Assembly (NCBI GenBank): GCA_963836075.1
Contig: CAWIIB010000008.1
Coordinates: forward strand, 64,001-128,000
Source: an uncultured Acidobacteriota bacterium
GTDB lineage: Bacteria > Acidobacteriota > JAQAZP01
Direction: 5' to 3'
DNA: 64,000 nucleotides
Below the pieces are notes generated by a model. That model saw nothing but the letters and a program-made list of their open reading frames with translations. It was not told the origin of the DNA and made no database searches. A program made the position numbers and the translations under genes. Below, one piece after another: positions 39,590 through 50,256 of this stretch. How positions within the stretch are numbered: position 1 is the first letter of the stretch; every line of letters begins with the position of its first letter.

Positions 39590-42530
39590 ACAGTTTGAGG
39601 AAGAAGACCGAGGCCGCCACGCCGTCACCCGGCCCGGCCAGGGGCACGCCCACAGCGAAGCGGATGATGGTCTGCCAGGGGCCGATCACGTTGCCGTTGA
39701 CCTCGAAGCCGGCGAGGAACTCGCGGTCCAGGCCGGTGAGGTCATCGGTGGCCCAGGCGGTGTCCACCCGGCCGCCCAGCCGGATCACCTCGCCCAGGGA
39801 GAGGCCGTAGTAAAGGTGGGCCAGTTGGGCCTGGGAGGCGGTGACCAGCCCGCCCTTGTATCCGGCCACCCGGGTGCCGCTGAAGGTGCTGAAATCGTAT
39901 TTGCTAAAGCGGTCCAGGTTGTCGCCGTCCACGTGCTCCAATTCCAGTTCGATCTCACTGAACCGCTTGAGGCGCCAGGTCTTTTTCGCGCCCACGCGCC
40001 AGCGGAGGTAGCTGTCGTAATCCGGGTCGTAATCGGGGTTGTCCGCGAAGCCCCAGGGTTCCCAGTCGCTGCGGGCGAACAGGGCCGCCCGGCCGCCCAG
40101 CTGGTAACCCGCCCGGTTGAAGCTGAGGTCCATGCGGCCGGCGTGGGTCAGGGTATCGTTGGGGATGACGAAGGCCGGGTTGGTGTCCTTGGCGTCGGAG
40201 TAGCGCTCCATCCCCAGCTCGTAGGAGAAGTCGACCTTGGTGTAGGTGCCCAGGGGGCGGCCGACGGTCAGGGTGAGACCCGCCCCCAGTTCCTTCACCG
40301 TTTCTTCCAGCACCTCTTCGCCGTCGCGATACTGCTCCTGCTCCAGCGGGATGAAGACCCCGTTGAGGCTGGCCCCGGCATTCCACTTGCTGTTGCCCAG
40401 CTGGGGGTCGGCGGCCGAGGCGCTGAGCAGCAGGCCGGCGAAAAAGATGTTGGTCTGGATGTCGGTGCCCTTCAGCTTGCGGTTGTAGTAGTCGATCCCG
40501 GCCAGCGGCACCGGGTAGTCCAGCGAGTCGTCGTAGAAGATCCCGCCGACCAGCGAGAGCAGCCCGTAGCTGAACTCCTCCTGCACCTGCCGGTTGCCAT
40601 CACTGTCCTGCTTCAGGTAGCGCAGCCCGGCCTCGGTGTCGCGGACCACGGTGTCGTCGGACCGCAGGACCTGCTCGCGCTTTCCTTCGAAATCCGGATC
40701 GTTGAGCCGCAGTGAGGTGAGCAGGGTCTCCTTCTCCACCTGCACCGTGGCGTTGACGAATTTCTGCAGCTCCTGGCCCACCCGCTTCAGCGGCATGACA
40801 AAGGAACCCTCGGCACCCCACTCCGCCGGTTGGCCGTCCTGGTCCACCGGGGAGTGGTGGATCGTCTCCACGTTGGAGAAGACGTCACCTCCGAGCCCCA
40901 TCTGAATGCCCCGGGTCCTGACACGGCAGTAGAGCTCGCGGTCGATCCAGACCGTGCCCTTCCACAGGGCCTCGCTGGTGGTGATGCCCGAGGGCTCGAA
41001 CTCCACCTTCCAGCAGTCCCGGCCATCGATGGTATCGGTGCCCCGCAGGCGGTAGCGGTATTCCTTCTCCAGGGTGATCTCCAGCGGCATCTCCGCCGCG
41101 CGCTCGGGCTGGATGATGGGGATCTCGGGGAGCTTGCCCCGCCACTTGACCCCGCCGAGGTAGACCCGCTGCCAGGCCCAGTCGAACCCCTCGCCCTCGG
41201 TGTAGAAGAAGTCGCCCTCCCGGGTCACCTCGAAGGCGCCGCCCGAGGGAACGGTGAAACGGAGATACTCGGTCTGCAGCGCCGTATAGCGGTGCAGGCG
41301 GCGGGCCTGCCCGTCCTCGAACACCTGCAGCCGGCGCAGGATCTCGGCCACCGGCATCTGCCGCTCCCCGGTAATGGTGATCTCCTCATCGATGCCGCCC
41401 ATCTCGGCGCCGCCCAGGCGGCTCACCCGGACCAGCAGCACCGGCCCGGGGTTCTCGATGGTCAGCCGGTAGCCGGTTCCCATGTTGCGGAACCGGGCGA
41501 TCGGCTTCACTTCGCCGGTGAGCAGGTCCACCAGCTCCGGCTGGAACAGTCCGCCCTGGTCCAGCTCGATCACCGCCGGTCCGTCGCCCGGGGCGGTCTC
41601 CACCACCAGCCGCAGGCCCAGATCTTCAGCGCGGACAAAGGCCCAGGCATTCTTCCCGCCCCGTGGTTCGGAGTACGGGTCGTGGGAGAGTTCGCCGCCG
41701 AACTCCCGGGCCAGCACGGTGAGCGGCCGCAGGTCTTCATCGCCGGTGCCGGAGGAGTAGTCGAAGAAGGTCAGCGCCGCTCCGGCCGCGGCCTGCTGGG
41801 CGGCCCGGGCCACGGCCAGCCGGGGCTGCGGTGGTGCGGGCAGCTGGTCCACGATCATCGGCAGGCCGGGGTCGAGGTCCACCATGCGGATGATGCAGGC
41901 CTCCAGCGCCTCGGGGGTCGACGGCTCCAGGGCCAGGCCGTGGACGTAGGAGACGATCTCCCAGCTGTAGAGCTCGCTCAGCGCGTCGGGGCTGGCCGGC
42001 TGGGGCGCGGTGATGATGTGCGCCCCGGGGTCGGCCCCGGCCACGGCCACCGAGACCTGCTTCAGCAGAAAGGCATATTCCTCGGGGGTGACGGCTCCGC
42101 CGGACGGCTCCCAGAACACCTGGTAGTGACCGTCGGGCGGCGCCTGCCGCACCAGCCCGACCATGGCCTCGATCTCCGCGGCCAGCGCCGCTCCGTTGGC
42201 CGAGGCCGGGGCCGGCGTGTTGAACTGCAGCATCATCCAGGGCCGGGCTCCCGCGGCGGCCAGAGCGGCGGCTGCTTCCGCGGCGCCGCTGCCGGACGGG
42301 CTCACCGCCCAGCGGATGTAGATCGCCTGGTCGTCCTCCAGGGGCAGGCCGGCCGCCAGCTGGTCCGCGGCGGCCAGCGGGTCGGCCACGGTCACCCCGG
42401 CACAGGGGCAGCAGGGGGGACCCTCGCCCGCCGCGGCAGGAAACGCGGAGCAGATGTTGAGCAGAAGCAAAAGGGCGATGAAAACAGGGAAGCGATTACT
42501 CACAAAGCTGGTGCCGCTGGTGATGGTCAT
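39582..42530 (-). CDS. Large secreted/outer-membrane protein (central LolA-like segment, beta-strand-rich C-terminus)
   Basis: Signal peptide; G.DTIDGRDCWKVEFEP...G.VWID motif; alternating aromatic beta strands toward the C-terminus. Confidence 0.65.
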   Translation of the reverse strand: MTITSGTSFVSNRFPVFIALLLLLNICSAFPAAAGEGPPCCPCAGVTVADPLAAADQLAAGLPLEDDQAIYIRWAVSPSGSGAAEAAAALAAAGARPWMMLQFNTPAPASANGAALAAEIEAMVGLVRQAPPDGHYQVFWEPSGGAVTPEEYAFLLKQVSVAVAGADPGAHIITAPQPASPDALSELYSWEIVSYVHGLALEPSTPEALEACIIRMVDLDPGLPMIVDQLPAPPQPRLAVARAAQQAAAGAALTFFDYSSGTGDEDLRPLTVLAREFGGELSHDPYSEPRGGKNAWAFVRAEDLGLRLVVETAPGDGPAVIELDQGGLFQPELVDLLTGEVKPIARFRNMGTGYRLTIENPGPVLLVRVSRLGGAEMGGIDEEITITGERQMPVAEILRRLQVFEDGQARRLHRYTALQTEYLRFTVPSGGAFEVTREGDFFYTEGEGFDWAWQRVYLGGVKWRGKLPEIPIIQPERAAEMPLEITLEKEYRYRLRGTDTIDGRDCWKVEFEPSGITTSEALWKGTVWIDRELYCRVRTRGIQMGLGGDVFSNVETIHHSPVDQDGQPAEWGAEGSFVMPLKRVGQELQKFVNATVQVEKETLLTSLRLNDPDFEGKREQVLRSDDTVVRDTEAGLRYLKQDSDGNRQVQEEFSYGLLSLVGGIFYDDSLDYPVPLAGIDYYNRKLKGTDIQTNIFFAGLLLSASAADPQLGNSKWNAGASLNGVFIPLEQEQYRDGEEVLEETVKELGAGLTLTVGRPLGTYTKVDFSYELGMERYSDAKDTNPAFVIPNDTLTHAGRMDLSFNRAGYQLGGRAALFARSDWEPWGFADNPDYDPDYDSYLRWRVGAKKTWRLKRFSEIELELEHVDGDNLDRFSKYDFSTFSGTRVAGYKGGLVTASQAQLAHLYYGLSLGEVIRLGGRVDTAWATDDLTGLDREFLAGFEVNGNVIGPWQTIIRFAVGVPLAGPGDGVAASVFFLKLFK

Positions 42531-42664
42531 TCCGTATCTCCCGGACTGGTCGCGTCATCGGATTATTCGCGGGGGGGCACGGCAGCCCTTCCTCCAAAAG
42601 AAACAGATCTGATTGTAGCACCTTGTTCTCCGGGATCGGAATGGAGCCGGCGGGTATCCCGGCG

Positions 42665-44968
42665 CTATTCCTCCAGCACCCGGGCCAGAACAGCGTTTTC
42701 AGGGTTGAAGGTAACCTGATCGGGCGGACCGGGGAGCTGGAAAGTGAAGCTGTTTTCCGGCTGATGAATATCCAGAACGAACAGTTCCCGGGTGCCGTTC
42801 ACGTATTCCAGCAGGAGCGGGACCGGCATATGGAACTCCTCCGGGGCCTCCGACTGCTTCACCGTCACCTCGAGGCTGCTGCCGCCGTTTTCCGTTTCCC
42901 GCACCCGGTGGCTCCAGCGGTATTCCGGGATGTGGGTTCCCTCCAGCCACTGGCGGAAGAACCAGGACCAGTCCCGGCCGGTGAGCTTCTCCAGGTGTCG
43001 CCGGAAGTCGGCGGTGGAGGCCTCGCCCCCGGCGCACTCCTGCAGGAACCCGGAGAGCAGGCGGCGGAACAGGTCGTCGTCTCCGGTTTCGTTGCGCAGG
43101 ATCACCCGCAGCATGTGCAGCACCAGCGGCCCCTTGTGGTAAGCCTGGATCAGGTAGCCGGAAGGGATCTTGAACGACGATGCCCGGCGGCCCACCCCCA
43201 CCGGCCCCAGGTGCTCCCGCTCCTTGCGCACGGCGTGGATGTTCCAGGGCCGGGCAAAGCGGCTCATGCCCCCCTCGAGGGAACCGAGGCATTCGTTGGC
43301 GTAGACCCGGACGATCTCCTCGTAGAATGCATCATCCGGCCGGGACTCCTCGAGAAAGAGCATGGCCGAGTATTCGGCAAAGGATTCGCTGAGCCACTGG
43401 TCGCGGTAGCTTTTGAAGCCCACCAGCTCGCCCCACAGCTGGTGGGCCGCCTCGTGGGCTCGGAACAGCGCCGAGGCGCCGGCCCGTTCTTCCCGGAAGA
43501 GGCTGCGGGGGAGGTGGAGGAAGCCCGGGAAGGCCTGGCCGTGGCCGCTGTCGATCCAGGTGACCAGCACCTGTGGTGCCGGGATCTCCACCTCCAGCCA
43601 GTGCTGGTAGAAGGCCAGGCTCTGGGCCACGTCCCGGGCCACGGCGGCCATCATATCGTCGCTGGCCAGCCCGAAGGCGGTTACGGGCGGGGCGCCATCC
43701 AGCGTCACGGTCTCCTCCCGGAACCGCTTGCCCACGGTGAAACCGTAGTGGCGCACCGGGGTATCCATCAGCCAGACCGAGCGACGCACCTTGTCCTCCA
43801 CGATCTCCTCCTCCAGCCGGCCCACCGCCCGCACCTGGTGCTTTTCCTTGAGCTTGACGACCAGGCGCACCGTGTGGCGGTCGTTGATCTCTTCCCGGTT
43901 GGCGGGGTACCAGGAGCGGCCGGAGAGATAGTTGAGAATCTTCATCCGGTAGATGGCGACGAACGTCCGCTCCTCGCCGGCCGGCACCGCCTCGTCGAAG
44001 AGCACGGCCAGACTGTCGGTGGAGAGCCGGCGGTCCAGCGCGGCGAACCGTTTGCCGATGCGGTCGCGGATGAAGGGCAGCGGCTCGCCGTCCGGCGTCT
44101 CCACGCCGCTCAGCTCGGCCAGTTGCGGCAGCTGGAAGGTGAAGACCCGGCAGCCGTCGCACTTCGGCACAAAGGTCACCGCGGCCTTGAACTCGGCGTA
44201 GTCCGGCCGGTTGAAGAGGGCGCACTTTGTCAAGTCGGCCTCGATCTCCAGGTGGGTGATGTCCGCCGGGTCGGCGGCCGGCCGGTCATCCTCATCACTG
44301 TCCACGCTGACCCAGATCTCCCGGTAGCCCCACTTGGACCAGAGCTTTTCCAGCCGCATCTCCTCCCGGCGCAGCTGGTCCATCTCGAAGGTCAGCCAGC
44401 CGAACCGCTCGGTCTTGATCTCGATCCAGATATACTCGCCGTCCTCGTTGAGCAGGCCGGCGGCCAGCCGCGAGTCGATGTCCACACCGGCCAGCTTGAG
44501 CCACCTCTCGTGGCGCTCCCGGGCCAGGTCGGCCGGCTGGTAACCGGCGGGCATTCTTGACCCGGCATATTCCTCCAGTCCCGGCGCGGTGGTCCGCAGC
44601 ACCAGCCTGGTGAACGGCTCCTCGAGCAGGCCATCCACTGATTCACCGCTGAAGCGGTCCAGCTGGTCCCGCTCCACCGGGTCGCGGACTTCAGTGGTCA
44701 GCCGGCCCTGGCCCTCGAAGACCAGGCCGGTGACCACGCCGTTGCACGGTTCGCCCAGCCGGACCGTCCCCGAGATCAGCTCGAAGGAGGCCAATCCCTG
44801 AAGCGACATGCCAAAGCTATCCTCTTCAATGGGGATCTCCTCGCTGAAGCGGTACTGGCGCAGCTGGTGGTAGACCGGCACTGGCAGCGGGTCGGGGGCC
44901 TGTTCCCCGTTTGCCGGCAGGGCCATGGAGAGCGTCAGGATGAGGAGCATGAGCGGTTGTCTCATCAT
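42665..44968 (-). CDS. Secreted M1-family aminopeptidase
   Basis: Signal peptide; motifs AHEAAHQLWG...WLSESFAEY, Y.KG..VLHMLR and FF.QW. Confidence 0.9.
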   Translation of the reverse strand: MMRQPLMLLILTLSMALPANGEQAPDPLPVPVYHQLRQYRFSEEIPIEEDSFGMSLQGLASFELISGTVRLGEPCNGVVTGLVFEGQGRLTTEVRDPVERDQLDRFSGESVDGLLEEPFTRLVLRTTAPGLEEYAGSRMPAGYQPADLARERHERWLKLAGVDIDSRLAAGLLNEDGEYIWIEIKTERFGWLTFEMDQLRREEMRLEKLWSKWGYREIWVSVDSDEDDRPAADPADITHLEIEADLTKCALFNRPDYAEFKAAVTFVPKCDGCRVFTFQLPQLAELSGVETPDGEPLPFIRDRIGKRFAALDRRLSTDSLAVLFDEAVPAGEERTFVAIYRMKILNYLSGRSWYPANREEINDRHTVRLVVKLKEKHQVRAVGRLEEEIVEDKVRRSVWLMDTPVRHYGFTVGKRFREETVTLDGAPPVTAFGLASDDMMAAVARDVAQSLAFYQHWLEVEIPAPQVLVTWIDSGHGQAFPGFLHLPRSLFREERAGASALFRAHEAAHQLWGELVGFKSYRDQWLSESFAEYSAMLFLEESRPDDAFYEEIVRVYANECLGSLEGGMSRFARPWNIHAVRKEREHLGPVGVGRRASSFKIPSGYLIQAYHKGPLVLHMLRVILRNETGDDDLFRRLLSGFLQECAGGEASTADFRRHLEKLTGRDWSWFFRQWLEGTHIPEYRWSHRVRETENGGSSLEVTVKQSEAPEEFHMPVPLLLEYVNGTRELFVLDIHQPENSFTFQLPGPPDQVTFNPENAVLARVLEE

Positions 44969-45007
44969 GAGAATGATTATACCGGGTGGCGAAGGGGGCC
45001 GCTCGGT

Positions 45008-46324
45008 TCAGAGCGGCAGGCGCAGCAGCGCCCGGCAGCCGGGGCCGCCGGTGCGGTCGGCCAGCTGGAGGCTGCCGCCATGGGCCTCGGCGATCTGGCG
45101 GCAGAGGAAGAGCCCCACCCCCGACCCTCCGGGCTTGGTGGTGAAGAAGGGGACAAAGAGATTGGCACTGTCCGGCAGGCCGGGGCCCTGGTCCAGCACC
45201 GAGAGTTCCAGCAGGTCCCCGCTCGCCGCCCAGGAGATCCGCACCTCGCCGCCGGTCTCCAGGCTGGCGTCCGCCGCGTTGCGTACCAGGTTGATCAGCA
45301 GCTGTTCCAGCTGGTCCCGGTCGGCCTGGATCGTCAGAGCAGGCCCACCGTCGACCAGCGGTTTGAGACGGGTTTCCATGCGCACCGCCCGCTGGACCAG
45401 GCCGGCCAGCTCCACCGGGCCCGGTGTGGGTTGCGGCAGCCGGGCCAGGGTGGAGTAGGCGCCCATGAAGCGGTTGAGCGAGTCGGCCCGCGAACCGATG
45501 ACCTGCAGACCGCGGTGCAGGTCCTCCCGCCAGTCTTCGGCCAGCGGCTCCCGGCCGGTCATCTCCTCCAGGCTCACCGACAGCGATTTGATCGGGGCCA
45601 GCGAGTTGTTCAGCTCGTGGCCCATCACCCGGATCAGCCGTTTCCAGGCGTCCACCTCCTCGGCCCGCAGGGCCCGGCTGACATCGGAGAGGATCACCAG
45701 GTGGTGCGGGCGGCCAAGGTGGCGGAAGACGCCCCGCCGCAGTTCCCAGCGCCCGCCGGCGCCCGGGATGCCGAGGGTCAGGGTGCGGGCCGGCTCGCCG
45801 TCGAGGCAGGCGTCGAGATTCAGCTCTTCCGCGGTGCGGCCGGTGATCTGCTCAGCGGTGCGGCCGATCAGCCGCTCACCGGCCCGGTTGACCAGCCGCA
45901 GCTTGCGGTGCGTGTCAAAGGAAAAGACCGCCACGTCGATCTCGCCCAGCACGGTGCGCAGCATGGTGGTGGATTCGGTGTCCACCAGCCGCTGGGCGCG
46001 CAGCGCTTCGGCCAGGGCGTTGATCTCCAGGGTCAGTTCGGCGAAGGCGTCCTCCCGTCCGCCGCGGCGCAGCCGGAAAGAGAAGTCACCTTCGCGCAGC
46101 GCGGAGATGATGTTGGCCAGGGTGCGCAGGCGGTAGTCCAGGCGGCGGTAGGTCAGCCAGGCCGTGCCGGCCAGGGCAGTCGTCAGCAGGACACCGGTCG
46201 TCCAGAAGACCCGTGGTGACACATTGTGCGTGTGGAGCAGGATGACGGCCGTGACGGTGGCCGGCAGGCCGCCGGCCAGGGTCGCCAGCAGGAAGCGGGT
46301 TTTCCGACCGGCTTTCATCGCCAT
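45008..46324 (-). CDS. Membrane sensor histidine kinase (NtrY-like)
   Basis: Motifs HELNNSL.PI, QLLINLVRNA, DQGPG and FFTTK.GSGVGL. Confidence 0.9.
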   Translation of the reverse strand: MAMKAGRKTRFLLATLAGGLPATVTAVILLHTHNVSPRVFWTTGVLLTTALAGTAWLTYRRLDYRLRTLANIISALREGDFSFRLRRGGREDAFAELTLEINALAEALRAQRLVDTESTTMLRTVLGEIDVAVFSFDTHRKLRLVNRAGERLIGRTAEQITGRTAEELNLDACLDGEPARTLTLGIPGAGGRWELRRGVFRHLGRPHHLVILSDVSRALRAEEVDAWKRLIRVMGHELNNSLAPIKSLSVSLEEMTGREPLAEDWREDLHRGLQVIGSRADSLNRFMGAYSTLARLPQPTPGPVELAGLVQRAVRMETRLKPLVDGGPALTIQADRDQLEQLLINLVRNAADASLETGGEVRISWAASGDLLELSVLDQGPGLPDSANLFVPFFTTKPGGSGVGLFLCRQIAEAHGGSLQLADRTGGPGCRALLRLPL

Positions 46325-46341
46325 TTCACGATACCGGGGAG

Positions 46342-47742
46342 TTACAGGTTGAACTTTTCCATTCGGCGATAGAGCGCGCTGCGGCTGAGACCGAGGGTTT
46401 CCGCGGCCCGGCTCACGTTCCCCTCGTGACGCTGGAGCGCTTTTTTCACCAGCAGCTGTTCCACTTCCTCGAGGCTCAGTGTCTCCAGGTTCTCGCTGCG
46501 TCCCGGGGCGGCCAGCAGGCCCAGTTCGTCGGCCCTGATCCGGGGACCGGCGGCCAGCAGGGTGGCCCGTTCCACCACGTGGGCCAGTTCGCGCACGTTT
46601 CCCGGCCAGCGGTGCCGCTGCAGCTCACCGGCCGCCGCCTCGTCGAACCCGGCCAGTTCCTTGCCGTAGCGTTCGGCAAATCGGCCGAGAAAGTGGGCGG
46701 CCAGCACCGGGATGTCTTCCACCCGCTCGCGCAGCGGCGGCAGATGGATCTGCACCGTGTTCAGGCGGAAGAGCAGGTCCTCGCGGAAACGGCCGGTGGC
46801 CACCGCCTCGTCCAGGTCGGCGTTGGTGGCCGAGATGATGCGCACATCCACCCGGCAGGTGCGGGAGGAACCCACCCGTTCCAGTTCGCCGGTCTCCAGC
46901 ACCCGCAGCAGCTTGGCCTGCTGGGAGGCCGGCACGTTGGCGATCTCGTCGAGGAACAGCGTGCCGCCGTGGGCCAGTTCGAAGCGGCCCATCCGGTCCT
47001 CCCGGGCGTCGGTGAAGGCGCCGCGCACATGGCCGAAAAGCTCGCTGGCAAAGACCCCCTCGGAGAGCCCGCCGGCGTTCACCGTGACCAGCGGCGCGTC
47101 GGACCGGGGGGACAGGGCGTGCAGGGTGCGGGCCACCACCTCCTTGCCGGTGCCGTGCTCGCCGGTGACCAGCACGTTGGCCGGGGACGGTCCCACCTTG
47201 GTGATCAGTTCCATCACCGGATCCATGGCGCTGGAGACGGTGATCAGCTCCGGGCGGTTTGCGGCCCGCAGCAGCCGGTTCTCGGCCTCCAGGCGCTGGC
47301 CCTGCCGCAGGGCCCGGGAGAGTTCGATCTGGGTCTGAAGCACGGAGAGCAGCCGGTGGTTGTCCCACGGTTTTTTCACGAAGTCCCGGGCGCCGCGGCG
47401 GATGGCTTCCACGGCCAGTTCCACGCTGCTCCAGGCGGTCATCACCACCACCGGCAGCGAACTGTCCAGGGCCTGCAGGCCGGCCAGCAGGTCGAGGCCC
47501 TCCTCTCCCGAGGTGGTGTCGCGGGTGTAGTTGAGGTCGATGAGCACCGCGTCGAACTCCCCGGCCTTTGCGGCCTCGAGCGCGTCGGCCGGCGACCCGG
47601 CGGTCTCCACCCGGTAGCCCTCGGGTTTGAGCAGCAGGCGCAGGGCTTCCAGGATATCGGGCTGATCGTCGGCGATCAGCACCCGCGGCGGCTTCTTCTC
47701 ACTGGCTTCATTCATTGGCGGTCCGTCCGGAACAGTCTTCAT
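46342..47742 (-). CDS. Sigma54-dependent NtrC-family response regulator
   Basis: REC domain, GEHGTGKE, SELFGH..GAFTDA, LFLDEI, WPGNVREL and Fis HTH. The start could be 47715. Confidence 0.95.
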   Translation of the reverse strand: MKTVPDGPPMNEASEKKPPRVLIADDQPDILEALRLLLKPEGYRVETAGSPADALEAAKAGEFDAVLIDLNYTRDTTSGEEGLDLLAGLQALDSSLPVVVMTAWSSVELAVEAIRRGARDFVKKPWDNHRLLSVLQTQIELSRALRQGQRLEAENRLLRAANRPELITVSSAMDPVMELITKVGPSPANVLVTGEHGTGKEVVARTLHALSPRSDAPLVTVNAGGLSEGVFASELFGHVRGAFTDAREDRMGRFELAHGGTLFLDEIANVPASQQAKLLRVLETGELERVGSSRTCRVDVRIISATNADLDEAVATGRFREDLLFRLNTVQIHLPPLRERVEDIPVLAAHFLGRFAERYGKELAGFDEAAAGELQRHRWPGNVRELAHVVERATLLAAGPRIRADELGLLAAPGRSENLETLSLEEVEQLLVKKALQRHEGNVSRAAETLGLSRSALYRRMEKFNL

Positions 47743-47784
47743 TGACCCTACGAGTATAGCCCAGAACTGGTCTCCATCCTCCTG

Positions 47785-50256
47785 CTACTCGCAGCGCAGG
47801 GTCACCGCCGGGTCCACCAGGGTGGACCGCCGCGCCGGGATCCAGGAGGCCAGCAGGGCAACAGCGGCCAGCACCAGGGAGACGACGATGAAGGTCAGCG
47901 GGTCGGTGGCGCCGATGCCGTAGAGCAGGTTGGAGAGCAGGCGTGTGCCGGCCAGGGCGATGACCAGTCCGATGGACAGGCCGATGGCGGTGAGCCTGAT
48001 CCCCTGCTTGAGCATCATTTTGATGATGTCCCCCCGCTGCGCGCCCAGCGCGGTGCGGATGCCGATCTCGTGCATCCGCTGGTTGGCGGTGTAGGACATC
48101 ACGCCGTAGAGGCCCACCGCGGCCAGCACCAGGGCCAGCAGGCCGAAGAGGCCGAAGCCGGCGGCGGCAAAGCGGGCGGGGAGCAGGATGAAGCCGATCA
48201 GCTCGGTGAGCCGGCCGGAACTGGCCAGCGCCATGTCGGGGCTGATCTCGCGAAAGATCTCCCGCACCGGTGTGGCGGCGATCAAAGGATCGCCGGTGGT
48301 GCGTACCAGCAGCGTGGCCATGAAATCCTGGGTGGTCTGGGACATGGGGAGGTAGACGTGGGGCCGCGGTTCCTCGCCGATCAGCCAGTACTTGGTGGTT
48401 TTGGCCACGCCCACCACTTCCAGGAACGGCCCCTCGGCGTCCTCGCGGCTGATGGTCTTGCCCAGCGGGTTTTCGCCGGGCCAGTAGCGGTCGGCAAATG
48501 CCTGGTTGACGATGGCCACCCCCGGGGTCTGGGCGCTGTCCCCGTCATTGAAGTCCCGTCCTTCCAATAGCGGGATGCCCAGGGTGCGGAAACTGTCGCT
48601 GCTCACCGTGGCGAAGCTGGAGTTGGTGTCGATCTCCTCCGGGTCGGCGTATTGATGCCCCTCGATCCAGAAGTTTGTCGAGGAGATGGTGAGGGTCAGC
48701 GGGACACAGTCCTCGATACAGGCCGATTCCACTCCCGGCATGGCCCGGGTGCGCTCCAGAAGCCGGTTGCAGAAGGCCATGGTCGATTCTTCCTGGTCGG
48801 GCAGTGTGCCGAAGTCGAAGGCCACGGCCAGGATGTTCTCGTGGTCGAAACCGGGGTCGATGGCCCGGGCCTGGAGCAGGCTGCGCACGAAAAGGCCGGC
48901 CACGATGAGCAGCACCAGCGACGAGGCCACCTGGGCCACCACCAGGGTGTTGCGGAGTTTTGAGCGCCGAAAACCGAAGCGCCCCGCCCCCCGGTCGTCC
49001 TTCAGGGTGGAGAAGAGGTCAACCCGGGTGGCGCCCAGGGCGGGGAAGAGACCGAAGAGGATGCCGGCCAGCATGGAGACCCCCGCGGTGAAGAGCAGCA
49101 CCCGCCGGTCGATGGCGAAGTCGAGATCGAGGGCCACGTTGAACGGCAGCTGCGGGATGGCGGCTACCAGCAGGTCGAGGGTCCAGGAGGAGAGCAGCAG
49201 GCCGGCCGCTCCGCCCAGCAGCGCCAGAAAGACACTCTCGGTGAGCATCTGCCGCACGATGCGGCGGCGCGGAGCGCCGAGGGACAGCCGGACGCCGATC
49301 TCGCGGCGGCGGGCCACCGAGCGGGCCAGCAGCAGGTTGGCCACGTTGGCGCAGCCCACCAGCAGGACCAGCCCCACCATCGACATCACCAGCAGTGAGA
49401 TCATCTTCGCCACCCGCCTCATGTTGGGGGTCATGGGGATCACCCCGTTGGCCGGCTCCAGCATCGCCTGCTCGCCGGTGTAGCGTTCGGCGTCCACCTC
49501 CACCATGCCGGCCGCGGTCACCGTCATGCTGGCCCGGGCCTGTTCCAGGCTCAGGCCGGGCTTGAGCAGGCCGATGGCATGGAGAAACCCGCTCCCCCGC
49601 TGCTCCAGTTGCCCCTGCATTTCTGGGCGCAGCTGCCCCATGATAGCCAACGGCACCCAGAGGTCCGGCGAGGGGATGGCCGTGGCCCCGGTAAACCCCT
49701 GGGGGGCGATTCCCACGATGGTGCACGGTTTCCCGCTGATGGTGATGGTTTGCCCCACCAGATCAACCGCACCGCCATATTCCCGCTGCCAGAAGCGGTA
49801 ACTGAGGACCACCACCGTCGGGCCGTCGGGCCCCTGGTCGTCATCGGGGGTGAGCACTCTGCCGTGGAGCGCTCCCACGCCCAGCGTGCGGAAGTAGTTC
49901 CCGGTGGCCACCTGCCCGAAGCGTGTCTCGCTGCCGCCGTCGCTTTCCATGCTCAGTGGGAGAAAGGCGTATACCGCAAGTTCTTCGAAGATGTCGCTGC
50001 GCTCCCGGTAGTCGAGGTAGTCGGGGTAGGAGAAGACCTCCAGGTCGCTTCCGTCCATCGGGTCGCGGAAGAGGCTGACCAGCCGGTCGGCGTTTTCGAA
50101 GGGCAGCGGGGTGAAGACGATGGTGTTGACCAGGCTGAACATCGCCGTGTTGACCCCGATGGCCAGGGCCAGGGTGAGTACCACCGCCACGGTGAACCCG
50201 GGGTTGTTGAGCAGCATTCTCGCCGCGTAGCGCAGGTCGTTGAACAGCACGCTCAT
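47785..50256 (-). CDS. Duplicated MacB/FtsX ABC permease (ADOP-like)
   Basis: DLRYA.R.L...PGF, L.IG.NTAMFS, CANVANLLLAR, REIG.R..LGA (twice) and PARR...VDP...LR.E. Confidence 0.92.
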   Translation of the reverse strand: MSVLFNDLRYAARMLLNNPGFTVAVVLTLALAIGVNTAMFSLVNTIVFTPLPFENADRLVSLFRDPMDGSDLEVFSYPDYLDYRERSDIFEELAVYAFLPLSMESDGGSETRFGQVATGNYFRTLGVGALHGRVLTPDDDQGPDGPTVVVLSYRFWQREYGGAVDLVGQTITISGKPCTIVGIAPQGFTGATAIPSPDLWVPLAIMGQLRPEMQGQLEQRGSGFLHAIGLLKPGLSLEQARASMTVTAAGMVEVDAERYTGEQAMLEPANGVIPMTPNMRRVAKMISLLVMSMVGLVLLVGCANVANLLLARSVARRREIGVRLSLGAPRRRIVRQMLTESVFLALLGGAAGLLLSSWTLDLLVAAIPQLPFNVALDLDFAIDRRVLLFTAGVSMLAGILFGLFPALGATRVDLFSTLKDDRGAGRFGFRRSKLRNTLVVAQVASSLVLLIVAGLFVRSLLQARAIDPGFDHENILAVAFDFGTLPDQEESTMAFCNRLLERTRAMPGVESACIEDCVPLTLTISSTNFWIEGHQYADPEEIDTNSSFATVSSDSFRTLGIPLLEGRDFNDGDSAQTPGVAIVNQAFADRYWPGENPLGKTISREDAEGPFLEVVGVAKTTKYWLIGEEPRPHVYLPMSQTTQDFMATLLVRTTGDPLIAATPVREIFREISPDMALASSGRLTELIGFILLPARFAAAGFGLFGLLALVLAAVGLYGVMSYTANQRMHEIGIRTALGAQRGDIIKMMLKQGIRLTAIGLSIGLVIALAGTRLLSNLLYGIGATDPLTFIVVSLVLAAVALLASWIPARRSTLVDPAVTLRCE

